From NCBI GenBank assembly GCA_021827495.1, contig JAKAVN010000001.1:9954-73953 (forward strand): a DNA stretch of 64,000 nt, in the 5' to 3' direction. Below the pieces are notes generated by a model. That model did not search any database. It saw only the letters and a program-made list of their open reading frames with translations, and was not told the DNA's origin. This stretch comes from Deltaproteobacteria bacterium. Lineage in GTDB: Bacteria; Desulfobacterota; Binatia; Binatales; Binataceae. Shown piece after piece: positions 29,066 to 37,569 of this stretch. The translations under genes were made by a program, and so were the position numbers. Within the stretch, counting starts at the first letter, position 1. Each line of letters begins with the position of its first letter.

Positions 29066-31072
29066 ATGCGAACGATGCGGCCACTGGCGCTGCGCACTGA
29101 CGAGTTCAACTACGCGCTGCAAATCCTGCTCGCGGCAATGGTCGGCGTACTGGCCGCGCTCGGCAATCTGGGCTTCAGCGCGTTCATCAAATTCTTCACC
29201 TGGGTCTTTCTCAAGCTTGAATGGGGCGCGCTTGGAATCGCGCACGGCGGCCTCCGGCTTGGCCTGGTGCCGGTGGTCCTGCTGACCGGCGGCGCCGGCA
29301 TGATCCTGCTCGACTGGCTATTTCCGGGCGACGTGCTCGGCTACGGCTTCCCGAATTTTCTCGAGATGGTGAATCTCGGCAGCGCGCGCATCAAGCGCCG
29401 CTGGATCGTGCTCAAGGCGCTGGGCGCGGCGCTGTCGCTCGGCTGCGGCGCCTCGGTCGGACGCGAGGGCCCGATCGCGCAAATCGGCGGCGCGATTGGC
29501 TCGGCGGTCGCGCAACTGCGCCGCCTGCCGGCCGACCGCGCCAAGGTCCTGGTTGCGGCCGGCGCGGGCGCCGGCATCGCCACCACCTTCAACGCCCCGG
29601 TCGGCGGCGTGCTGTTCGCGCAGGAGATCGTCCTGCTCGGCGAGACCGAGCTCACCAACCTGACGCTGCTGCTGGTCTCGACCGTGAGCGCGGTGGTCTT
29701 TTCGCGCGCGATTACCGGCAACGCCGCCGTCTTCCAGGCCCCGTTTTTCGTGCTGCGCAGTTACTGGGAGCTTTTGTCTTACGCCTTGATGGGCGCGTTG
29801 ATGGGCGCGCTGAGCGCCGCGTACATACATTTCTTTCATGCTACCGCGAAGGCCTTCCGCGCGCTGAAGGCGCCACAGTGGGCGCGGCTCGCGCTGGGCC
29901 TGCTGGTGGTCGGCCTGGTCGCGATCCCGCTGCCGCGGAACCTGTCCGACGGCTACCCGGTGATCAATCTCGCGATGGAAGGGCGTTTCGCGCTCGGGAC
30001 GACGCTTGCGCTGACCGCAGCCAAGTTCTTCACCTCCAGCGTGTCGCTCGGATGCGGCGCGCCGGGCGGGGTGTTCGGCCCGACCTTCTTCATCGGGACC
30101 ATGGCGGGGGCGACCTTCCAGCGCACGATGGCTTCGGTGGTGCCGCGGATCACCGGCCCGCGCGGATCGTACGCGCTGGTTGGATTGGGCACGTTCCTCG
30201 GCGGCGTGACGCACGCGCCGCTGACTGCAATTTTTCTGCTGCTCGACATGACCCAGAACTACCAGGTCGCGCTGCCCGCGATGATCGCGGTGGTGGTGGC
30301 GCTGGTGGTGGCGCGCGCGCTCGAGCACGAGTCGATCGACACCTATCGCCTCGCGCGCGAGGGCAAGACGCTCGAAATTGGCAGGGAGCGCCTGGTGCTG
30401 ACGCAGATTCCGGTCGAGAGCGTGATGACGCACGAGCCCGCGGCCGTGCGCTCCAGCGCCACGCTCGCACAGGTTCTGCAAGCGGCCGGTGATACCGCGC
30501 AAACCACGCTCCCGGTGGTCGATGACCACGGCGGCCTGGTCGGCCTTATCGTGACGCACGACCTAGTCGCGATGCTGAGCAGCCAGGCTGACGTGGCGGG
30601 CTTGGTCAACGCCTACGACCTCTGCCGGCGCAACTGCCCGATGGTGAGCAGCGGCTCCAGCCTCGACGAAGCCGTGCAGTTGATGGGGTCCGAGGACCTC
30701 GAGGAATTGCCGGTGGTGGAGAAACATCGCCTGGTCGGCATCGTCGCGCGCAAGGAGATCGCGCAGGTGCTGAACCGGATGACGGTGTCGCTCTCGACGC
30801 TCGCCAATACCGGCACCAGCATTTTCTGGGCGACCGGCTACCGCCTGATGCGCATCACCGTGCCCGAGACGGCGCGCGGCAAGACCATGATCGAGCTTGC
30901 GCCGCGCGCGCGTTTCGGCGTGAGCGTGCTCGCAGTGCAAAATGCAGCCGAGGAAGCTAACGGCTTCGTCCCAATCACGCCCGACCGCAAGCTCAATCAG
31001 GGCGATACGATCATGGCCGCGGGCCGCCCGCCCGATCTCCGCCGCTTCGTGCGCGAATTGGAAGGGTCGTAA
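29066..31072 (+). CDS. CLC family chloride channel/transporter with CBS pair and C-terminal TrkA-C/RCK-C-like domain
   Basis: GREGP, FNAP, GGVFGP and HAPLT motifs; two CBS domains; C-terminal GVSVLAV...PDRKLNQGDTI. Confidence 0.9.
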   Translation: MRTMRPLALRTDEFNYALQILLAAMVGVLAALGNLGFSAFIKFFTWVFLKLEWGALGIAHGGLRLGLVPVVLLTGGAGMILLDWLFPGDVLGYGFPNFLEMVNLGSARIKRRWIVLKALGAALSLGCGASVGREGPIAQIGGAIGSAVAQLRRLPADRAKVLVAAGAGAGIATTFNAPVGGVLFAQEIVLLGETELTNLTLLLVSTVSAVVFSRAITGNAAVFQAPFFVLRSYWELLSYALMGALMGALSAAYIHFFHATAKAFRALKAPQWARLALGLLVVGLVAIPLPRNLSDGYPVINLAMEGRFALGTTLALTAAKFFTSSVSLGCGAPGGVFGPTFFIGTMAGATFQRTMASVVPRITGPRGSYALVGLGTFLGGVTHAPLTAIFLLLDMTQNYQVALPAMIAVVVALVVARALEHESIDTYRLAREGKTLEIGRERLVLTQIPVESVMTHEPAAVRSSATLAQVLQAAGDTAQTTLPVVDDHGGLVGLIVTHDLVAMLSSQADVAGLVNAYDLCRRNCPMVSSGSSLDEAVQLMGSEDLEELPVVEKHRLVGIVARKEIAQVLNRMTVSLSTLANTGTSIFWATGYRLMRITVPETARGKTMIELAPRARFGVSVLAVQNAAEEANGFVPITPDRKLNQGDTIMAAGRPPDLRRFVRELEGS

Positions 31073-31074
31073 GC

Positions 31075-31371
31075 CTAGGAACTGGCCGCGCCACCTCTGC
31101 TTTGCTTCTCGATCTCCTTCATCTCATTGACCTTGTCGAGAATGTGGAAAGACTGCACCGCTGATGCCAGCTCCGCCTCCGAGAGCTTGTCCAATATTGA
31201 GGATATCTGGCGCTGCTCCGGCGCGAGCGTGAGTTGGAGCGTCAGGTCCTTGAGAACGGTAGACAGATGGTAGGCCACGGCAGGCTGAGAAACTCCCGAT
31301 ACTGCGGAGGAGACGCTGCTTATCAGGTCCAGCAGCTTTCGCTTCACGGCTTCTTCCTGTTCGGTACTCAT
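31075..31371 (-). CDS. Hypothetical helical protein (lower GC)
   Basis: 98-aa ORF 5 bp downstream of the previous gene's stop, AAGGA RBS-like site. Confidence 0.6.
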   Translation of the reverse strand: MSTEQEEAVKRKLLDLISSVSSAVSGVSQPAVAYHLSTVLKDLTLQLTLAPEQRQISSILDKLSEAELASAVQSFHILDKVNEMKEIEKQSRGGAASS

Positions 31372-31376
31372 TGCTT

Positions 31377-31760
31377 TTAATCCTTCACGCTGGTCAGGTT
31401 GCGGATCGCTTCGTCGGTCTGCGTCTTGGTCGACTCTCCGTAGCGGCGACCAACCTCCTGCGTTAGTAGTCTCGCCCCTCCAATTCCTGATAGTAGCGCG
31501 CCTGCTAGAGTGCGCAAATCGAGCTTTGCAACTCCCGCCAGGTCAACGGCTCCGAGCGGGCCGTAAAATATCGCCATGATAACTGCGGTGACTCCGCCGA
31601 CCAGGGCATTTCCAGGGAAACCTGGCCGCCAAATGCGCTGACCATTCACCAAGCGATCCATCTGAGGCATCAAGAAACCGCCGTCGGAAAGATAGGCATT
31701 GAGAAGCCCGCCGACGAGACCCATGACGAAGAGCAAAAGAATGACCTGATAGGACCGCAT
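31377..31760 (-). CDS. Small membrane protein, DUF4257-like (lower GC)
   Basis: GLVGGLLNA...GFLMP...PGFPGNALVGG...SGIGGARLL pattern; GGAG RBS. Confidence 0.6.
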   Translation of the reverse strand: MRSYQVILLLFVMGLVGGLLNAYLSDGGFLMPQMDRLVNGQRIWRPGFPGNALVGGVTAVIMAIFYGPLGAVDLAGVAKLDLRTLAGALLSGIGGARLLTQEVGRRYGESTKTQTDEAIRNLTSVKD

Positions 31761-31812
31761 TTTGTCTCCCCCACAGTTTGCGCCCAGCCACTTTAAGCCC
31801 AGGCGAGGCCGT

Positions 31813-32487
31813 TTAGCTATTGGCGGATGGGGCGGGCGCGGCGTCGAAGCGCAAGGGGCGGACGCGGCCAGCGCGCAGTTCGGCGCATAGCCCCTCGATA
31901 TCGCTGACCTGGCGCTCGAGCTCGGTCGCACAGGTCAGAAACCATTTCGGGCTCACGAAATGCGCGTCGCTGCCGCCGACCCCGGCGAGGCCCAGCTTCT
32001 CCATCGCGGTCAGCGCCGCTGCGTTCTCGCGCGGCGAGTTCTGCCCGTTGAGCGCCTCGATCACGCCCAGCGCCGAGCCGTGGCGCGCGAGCAGATCGTC
32101 CAGTTGCGGGCCAAAGCCCGAATCGCGGAAAGGATGCGCCGGGATCGCGATTCCGCCCTCGCCGTGGATCACTTCGATCAGCGCCTCGCTCTTGAGCATC
32201 CGCGCACTCAGGTCGAAGCGGCGAAGCACTTCGCGCGTCACGCCGAAGAGCAGCAGATGGCCGAGGTTGGTGTCGGCCTCGATGCCCTTGAACACCATCA
32301 CGCCGAACCGTTCCGCCAGCTCGGCGTAATGCCGGTCGAGCTCCGGATCGGCCGGGAACAGGCGATGCTCGGTGAAGCAGAGCGCGTCGAGGCGGCGCGG
32401 CCCGCGCGCGGCGGCCTCGAGATACTGCTCGGGCGTGATGTTGGAGTCGGAAGAGAGCAGCGTATGGACGTGCAGGTCGATGAGCAT
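31813..32487 (-). CDS. PHP-domain metallophosphoesterase
   Basis: DLHVHT, FTEH, GIE, GHLL, AHPFR and GGSDAH motifs; candidate promoter TTCCAA-17-GAGAAT 9 nt upstream. Confidence 0.9.
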   Translation of the reverse strand: MLIDLHVHTLLSSDSNITPEQYLEAAARGPRRLDALCFTEHRLFPADPELDRHYAELAERFGVMVFKGIEADTNLGHLLLFGVTREVLRRFDLSARMLKSEALIEVIHGEGGIAIPAHPFRDSGFGPQLDDLLARHGSALGVIEALNGQNSPRENAAALTAMEKLGLAGVGGSDAHFVSPKWFLTCATELERQVSDIEGLCAELRAGRVRPLRFDAAPAPSANS

Positions 32488-32540
32488 AACGCAACGATTC
32501 TCACATTTGCCGGCGCGGCTTGGAAAGCCGCTGCGCGATC

Positions 32541-32635
32541 TTCGCGCCGCCCGTTTCGCGCCGCCCGTTTCGCGCCGCCCGTTTCGCGCCGCCCGTTTCG
32601 CGCCGCCCGTTTCGCGCCGCCCGTTTCGCGCCGCC
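32541..32635. repeat. Perfect tandem repeat, 14-bp unit TTCGCGCCGCCCGT x ~6.8
   Basis: Six exact copies plus an 11-bp partial copy, intergenic between the kinase stop and the PHP gene. Confidence 0.97.
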
Positions 32636-32648
32636 GGCGCGGGCGTTA

Positions 32649-34271
32649 CTATGGGCCGGCCGGAGAGTCGCGCACGCGGAGGCTGTTGTTGAAGGAAACC
32701 ACGCCTGCAACGCTCTGCGCGAGCAGCAGCACGGCCGCATTGTCGGCCGCACTTGGCACCGTGCCCCACAGTTGCATCGTGTCGCCCACCATCCGGAAGT
32801 GCACCGAATCGTAGCCGCTCGCGTCGAGCGCGGCGCGAAAAGCCTCCAGCCGTGCGGCGAGGAACTGCGAAGGTCCGGGCGGGGAGCCAGGCGCGGGGGC
32901 CTCGGGCGCCACGTCAGGCGCCGGCACGTCAGACGCCGGCGCGCTGGCGCGGCTCGCGTCGGGCGGGTTGCCGCCGGTGACGTTCAGGCACGCCTTCACG
33001 GCCGCGAAGGCGAGTACGAAGATGAGCATCAGCACCAGGATGGGGCGACGCGCGCCATGCGTGCGATGGTAGAGCCGTGCGCGGCGCGGCGGCACGTGCG
33101 GCCGCGTCTGGGTCGATGGCGGCACCGAGAGCACCACGGTCTCGGCTTCGTGATCGGCCGCAACATCAGCGTTGCCGGGCGCGAGGCTCACCTCCGCGCC
33201 GCAAAAGGAACAGAAGCGCGAGTCGGAGGGAATCGGGCGTTCGCATTTCGGGCAGTCGATGTCCGCTGCCGCACTGAGCAGGGTTGGCGCGGACGGCGAC
33301 GCGGGTTGCGGCGCGCGAGCGCTCCCCAGCGGCAAGCGAAGCTGCGAGCGCGCGGGGCTGGACGCCGCGTGTGGTAGCGCCGTTGATTGCGATGCTCCGG
33401 CCGCTAACGGATATGCCCCGCTGTCTGTGTGGTTGGCCGACGGTGGCGCCGCCGCGGCCGCCGGAGCGGCGCTGTCGCGAATCTCCTCCAGCCGGCGCTT
33501 GAACTCCGCCGCGCTCGGCACCCGGCGCTCGACGTCGTAGGCGAGCGCGCCGTCGACCAGCGCCGCCAGCGCGGGCGCGGCGCCGGGGCATAGCGTGGCG
33601 AGCGGCGGAAAGCTGAACGGCGCTTCGTTGGCCGGGTCGCGCCCGCTTAGCGCGTGATGCATCGTCGCACCGAGCGCGTAGAGGTCCGAGCGCAGTTCGA
33701 CCTTCCCGCGGTACTGCTCGGGCGGCGCGTAGCCCTGAGTGCCGATCATGGTCGCGTTCTGCTCCGGCTGGAAATGGCGCGCGATGCCGAAGTCGATGAG
33801 CTTGGCCTGCCCGTTGGCGATCAGCATCACGTTGGATGGCTTGAGGTCGCGGTAGATGACCGGCGGCTGAAGACCATGCAGGTAGGCGAGGGTGTCGAGG
33901 ATTTGCAGCGCGATGTCGATGACGCGCGTCTCGGCGAGCCGTCCGCCCGCGCGCTTCATCTCCTCCTCGAGCGTCGCGCCGTCGATGTATTCCATCACCA
34001 GGTAGTGATGGTTTTGTTCGCTGAAGCGGTCGAACACGCGGGGGATGTGCTCGTTGCTCAGCCGCGCCAGCATGTCAGCCTCGCGCTGGAAGGCGTCGAC
34101 CGCCTGGCGCTGCGCGTCGGGGTTGGTGAAGTTGTCGATCACCTCGGCCAGCGCGCAGCGGCGCGCCGCCAGGCGCAGGTCTTCGGCCAGGTAGACCAGC
34201 TTCATCCCGCCGCCGCCGAGCGGCTTTACGACACGGTAGCGGCCGCCGACTATGGTGTTTGGCGCAATCAT
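32649..34271 (-). CDS. Hanks-type Ser/Thr protein kinase with zinc ribbon, TM helix and C-terminal BON-like domain
   Basis: LGGGGM, YRDLKPSN, DFG, GTQGYAPPE, SDLYALG; CPKC...FCSFCG; TM helix; LWGTVPS...AGVVSFNNSLRV. Confidence 0.92.
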   Translation of the reverse strand: MIAPNTIVGGRYRVVKPLGGGGMKLVYLAEDLRLAARRCALAEVIDNFTNPDAQRQAVDAFQREADMLARLSNEHIPRVFDRFSEQNHHYLVMEYIDGATLEEEMKRAGGRLAETRVIDIALQILDTLAYLHGLQPPVIYRDLKPSNVMLIANGQAKLIDFGIARHFQPEQNATMIGTQGYAPPEQYRGKVELRSDLYALGATMHHALSGRDPANEAPFSFPPLATLCPGAAPALAALVDGALAYDVERRVPSAAEFKRRLEEIRDSAAPAAAAAPPSANHTDSGAYPLAAGASQSTALPHAASSPARSQLRLPLGSARAPQPASPSAPTLLSAAADIDCPKCERPIPSDSRFCSFCGAEVSLAPGNADVAADHEAETVVLSVPPSTQTRPHVPPRRARLYHRTHGARRPILVLMLIFVLAFAAVKACLNVTGGNPPDASRASAPASDVPAPDVAPEAPAPGSPPGPSQFLAARLEAFRAALDASGYDSVHFRMVGDTMQLWGTVPSAADNAAVLLLAQSVAGVVSFNNSLRVRDSPAGP

Positions 34272-34288
34272 CGCGGAGGTCGCGGTAA

Positions 34289-34666
34289 TTACTGCGGCCG
34301 CGGCCCTGCCGTCAACGCCTGGGAGGCGCGCATCCCGCGCCGCTCGGCGTCTAGGGTAGCGGCGCGCGCCGCCGACACCGCGCAGACCAAATGAATCAGC
34401 ACGCCCAGCGAGGACGAAGTGCCATAGGCGAACAGCACTGCGAAAAACCAGCCGATCGCGCGCCCGGTGCGTCCGGCGTAGAAATGGCCCAGCCCCGGCA
34501 TCACGCTCAGCGCGAAGGCGACCACTGCGGGCGCATTCAGCTCGGCGAGCCATCCCGAACCGCCCAGCCGGGCGCCGCACTCCTTGCAAAAAACGGCCTC
34601 GGCGACCATCACCGGCTGGCCGCATTGCGAACAGAAGCGCGCGCGTGTCGCGCCGGTGTCAGCCAT
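34289..34666 (-). CDS. Zinc-ribbon / TM2-like small membrane protein
   Basis: FCSQCG...FCKECG, then LSVMPGLGHFYAG (TM2-like) and TM helices. Confidence 0.75.
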   Translation of the reverse strand: MADTGATRARFCSQCGQPVMVAEAVFCKECGARLGGSGWLAELNAPAVVAFALSVMPGLGHFYAGRTGRAIGWFFAVLFAYGTSSSLGVLIHLVCAVSAARAATLDAERRGMRASQALTAGPRPQ

Positions 34667-35948
34667 GGAACACAAACGGCGCGTCGCCCAGGCGCACGTC
34701 GTCGCCGTTGGCGAGCGGGCGCGTACCGTCGATCCGTTGGCCGCCGACGAAGGTGCCGTTCTGGCTGGCCAGGTCGCGCAGCGCGAAACCGCCGTCCTGC
34801 GGCACGATGCTCGCGTGATGGCGCGAGACCGAGGCGTCGGCGATCACGATGTCATTGTCGATCGCGCGGCCCAAGGTCGTCGGCGCTTTTGGGCGCAACT
34901 CGTAGCGGCGCCCGTTAACGTCGACCAGGCACGGCGTCGCCATCCGTCCGACGTGCGGCGGCACCGCGGCTCGCGGCGGCGCGGAGGTCGGCGCGCCATC
35001 CTGGCGGACGATGGCCGGACGCGGCCCGGCGCCGGCGCGCTTGAGATGAAAGCTCAATTCATAGCCGGCGATCTTGATCCGGTCGCCCTCGCTCAGCTCG
35101 GCGGTTTCGATCCGGTTACCGTTCAAGAATACGCCCTGCTGCACGGCGAGATTTTTCAGCACGTAGCTGTTGCCGTGGCGCTCGATAACCGCATGGCGCG
35201 GCTGCACGCCGGGATCGCCGAACAGCCCGACCACGTTTTCCTCGGCGCGCCCGAGCGTCGCCACCGAACGATCGATGTTGAAGCTGCGCCCGCGCAGCCG
35301 CCCGGCCTCGACGTTGAGCCAGGCGCTCTTGGTCAGCTCCTGCACCAGCCCGATCAGCAGCCCGATCATCAGGCCGACGACGCTCAGCCCAATCAGGCGT
35401 GAGACCAGGCCGCCGCCCGTCAGCACGTTGAGCGGATCGAAGGCGAGCCCGCCGATGAAGCCGCCGACCCATCCCCCAATGCCGCCCTTGAGGATGTTGC
35501 GTAGCGAGAAGCTCGCAAGCCCGACGCCCGCGCCCGCCATCAGACCCATCAGCGTCCAGCTCGCCGTGCGGGCCGCCATGAGGTAGGCGATCGAGACGGG
35601 CTGCACACCGAATCCGACGTACGCCAGGATTTTTGAGAAGACGACGTTGGAATAGTAGACAGCCGGAATCCCGAGCGCGAAGCAGATCAGGAAGCCGCGC
35701 AGGAGGCGGCGCTTGGCGAGCGGCGTGACCTCGAGACGCTTGCCCTCCGCGGCCAGGATCAGTCCGCCGATCGCGCCCAGCAGCAGCGCCATCGAGAGGG
35801 TCCCGCTCCACAGCATCCAAGGAGTCTGCGGCTCGGTAAGGGTCCGGTTGTGGTTGACCAGTTCGACCGGGAGCCATCCGATCGCGCCGCCGGCGAGGCC
35901 AGCCAGCGCCTTGAAGGCAAGTTCGCGCCGGTCGATCTCATCGTTCAT
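34659..35948 (-). CDS. Multi-TM membrane protein with two FHA domains
   Basis: About six N-terminal TM helices; FHA1 LGRA...RHAVI...GVFLNG; FHA2 LGRAIDNDI...SVSRHHA...SQNGTFVGG. Confidence 0.88.
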   Translation of the reverse strand: MNDEIDRRELAFKALAGLAGGAIGWLPVELVNHNRTLTEPQTPWMLWSGTLSMALLLGAIGGLILAAEGKRLEVTPLAKRRLLRGFLICFALGIPAVYYSNVVFSKILAYVGFGVQPVSIAYLMAARTASWTLMGLMAGAGVGLASFSLRNILKGGIGGWVGGFIGGLAFDPLNVLTGGGLVSRLIGLSVVGLMIGLLIGLVQELTKSAWLNVEAGRLRGRSFNIDRSVATLGRAEENVVGLFGDPGVQPRHAVIERHGNSYVLKNLAVQQGVFLNGNRIETAELSEGDRIKIAGYELSFHLKRAGAGPRPAIVRQDGAPTSAPPRAAVPPHVGRMATPCLVDVNGRRYELRPKAPTTLGRAIDNDIVIADASVSRHHASIVPQDGGFALRDLASQNGTFVGGQRIDGTRPLANGDDVRLGDAPFVFHG

Positions 35949-36178
35949 CGCGGCGCTCCTCGATCAGGATTTGGCGCAAGGTTTTTTGACAGAGGATTCG
36001 GCATAGGCTTGGCGCGGTGCCGCGGCTGACGGCATTGATCAGTATAATAACCCGGCCTGCGGATGCGGCAAACGTCGGGCGAAGCCTTGGCGTCGCGGGC
36101 GCGCGCGGGTTGCCCCCTTCGGCGCAAACAGTGCATGATTCGCTGTTGCAGGAAGGCGTTAATCACCAGGAGGTCGCG

Positions 36179-37417
36179 ATGGCGGAGAAGACCCTTGTAC
36201 CCGAGACATTCGGACCGCTTCAGGGGGTCAAAATTATTTCGAACGGCACCTTGGTCGCGCAGCCCTTCGCCGCCGCGCTGGCCGCCGACATGGGCGCCGA
36301 AGTCATCCAGGTCGAGCGCCCCGGCGTGGGCGATGTGGGATGGCGCAACGTCGGCATCCGCCTCAAGACGCGCGACGGTAAGGGCGAGACCGCGACCAAC
36401 TGGGTACAGGAGCGGCGCAACGTCTTCTGCATCTCGCTCGATCTTACCAAGCCGCGCGGGCGCGAGCTGTTCCTGCGCCTGGTCGAGCGCGCCGATATCT
36501 GGATGGAAAGCTCGAAGGCCGGTACCTATCCGAGATGGGGCCTCGACGACGCCGCGGTATGGAAGGTCAATCCGAAGCTGGTGATTGCCCACGTCAGCTC
36601 CTACGGCTTGTATGGCCATCCCGACTACATCGGGCGCACCTCGTACGACATCGTGGGCCAGGCCTTTGGCGGCATCATGCAGCAGACCGGCTTTCCCGAG
36701 ACGCCGCCCGTGCGCGCCGCACCGTGGACGGGCGACTACCTCACGGCGCTGTTCACGCTGTGGTCGTCGCTGGCGGGGCTGACCTACGCGCGCAGCTTTG
36801 GCAAGGGCCAGGCGATCGACATCGCACAGTACGAGGCGATCCATCGCACGCTCGGCGGCACGATGGTCGAGTACTTCCAGCAGGGACTGGTGCGCCAGCG
36901 CTCGGGCAACAAGGCGCAGGGTTTCCAGCCGCTGGACAGCTTCGAGGCCAGCGACGGATGGGTGGTGCTGGGCGCGATCGGCGAGGTCTATGACCGCGTC
37001 GTGCGCGCGATCGGGCTGGACCCGGCCGATCCGAAGTGGCAAAAGGCGCGGCTCGAGATCGAGTCGATGGAGGGGATCGAGTTCGATGCGCTGCTGCGCG
37101 GATGGATCAACGAGCGGACCGCCGATGAAGTCGTGCGGCACATGAACCGGCACAACGTCGCCTGCAGCCGGATCATGTCGAGCAAGGAGATGGCGGAGAA
37201 CGAGCAGTACAAGGCGCGCGAAATGCACGTCGAATGGACCGACGAGCAGGCCGGCAGGGTCAAGGGCATCGGGATAGTGCCGAAGTTCTCGGCCACGCCG
37301 GGCAAGGTCTTCCGCGGCGCGGCCGGAGTCGGCCACGACAACGAGCGGGTCTATGGCGGGCTGCTGGGGCTTAAGCCGGCGGAGATCGAGGGGCTTAAAC
37401 GCGACAAGATAATCTAG
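36179..37417 (+). CDS. Family III CoA-transferase (CaiB-like)
   Basis: FGPLQGVKI, ADMGAEVIQVE, ERRN, SYDIVGQAFGG, WTGDY; AGGAGG RBS. Confidence 0.9.
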   Translation: MAEKTLVPETFGPLQGVKIISNGTLVAQPFAAALAADMGAEVIQVERPGVGDVGWRNVGIRLKTRDGKGETATNWVQERRNVFCISLDLTKPRGRELFLRLVERADIWMESSKAGTYPRWGLDDAAVWKVNPKLVIAHVSSYGLYGHPDYIGRTSYDIVGQAFGGIMQQTGFPETPPVRAAPWTGDYLTALFTLWSSLAGLTYARSFGKGQAIDIAQYEAIHRTLGGTMVEYFQQGLVRQRSGNKAQGFQPLDSFEASDGWVVLGAIGEVYDRVVRAIGLDPADPKWQKARLEIESMEGIEFDALLRGWINERTADEVVRHMNRHNVACSRIMSSKEMAENEQYKAREMHVEWTDEQAGRVKGIGIVPKFSATPGKVFRGAAGVGHDNERVYGGLLGLKPAEIEGLKRDKII

Positions 37418-37569
37418 TTCGCTGACCGGCGCGCGCGCCGGCGACAATCGTGTCGCGAGTCGCCTGCGGCCCCAGGTGGCGGATCGCGATTCCGTACTTC
37501 ATCGTCGAACCCCCGCGTTCGCCGCCAGGCGCCGGATTCCGTTCGCCATCCAACGACTTGACGGTTCAG

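Noticed and set aside
32541..32635. Possible CRISPR array
   Set aside because: Head-to-tail 14-bp repeats with no spacers and no cas genes; it is a VNTR.
32488..32769. N-terminal extension of the PHP ORF through the repeat (GGAKRAARNGRRET x2)
   Set aside because: It is a translation of the tandem repeat and overlaps the kinase gene; the domain begins at MLIDLHVHT, just after a promoter-like site.
34272..34625. 118-aa N-terminal extension of the Ser/Thr kinase
   Set aside because: It overlaps the zinc-ribbon/TM2 gene in another frame and is Arg-rich nonsense; the kinase domain starts at MIAPNTIVGGRY.
35945..36004. 19-codon ORF (MPNPLSKNLAPNPDRGAPR) overlapping the FHA gene start as a leader peptide
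   Set aside because: No RBS or regulatory codon run, and the FHA gene has its own GAGGAG RBS; cannot be distinguished from chance.
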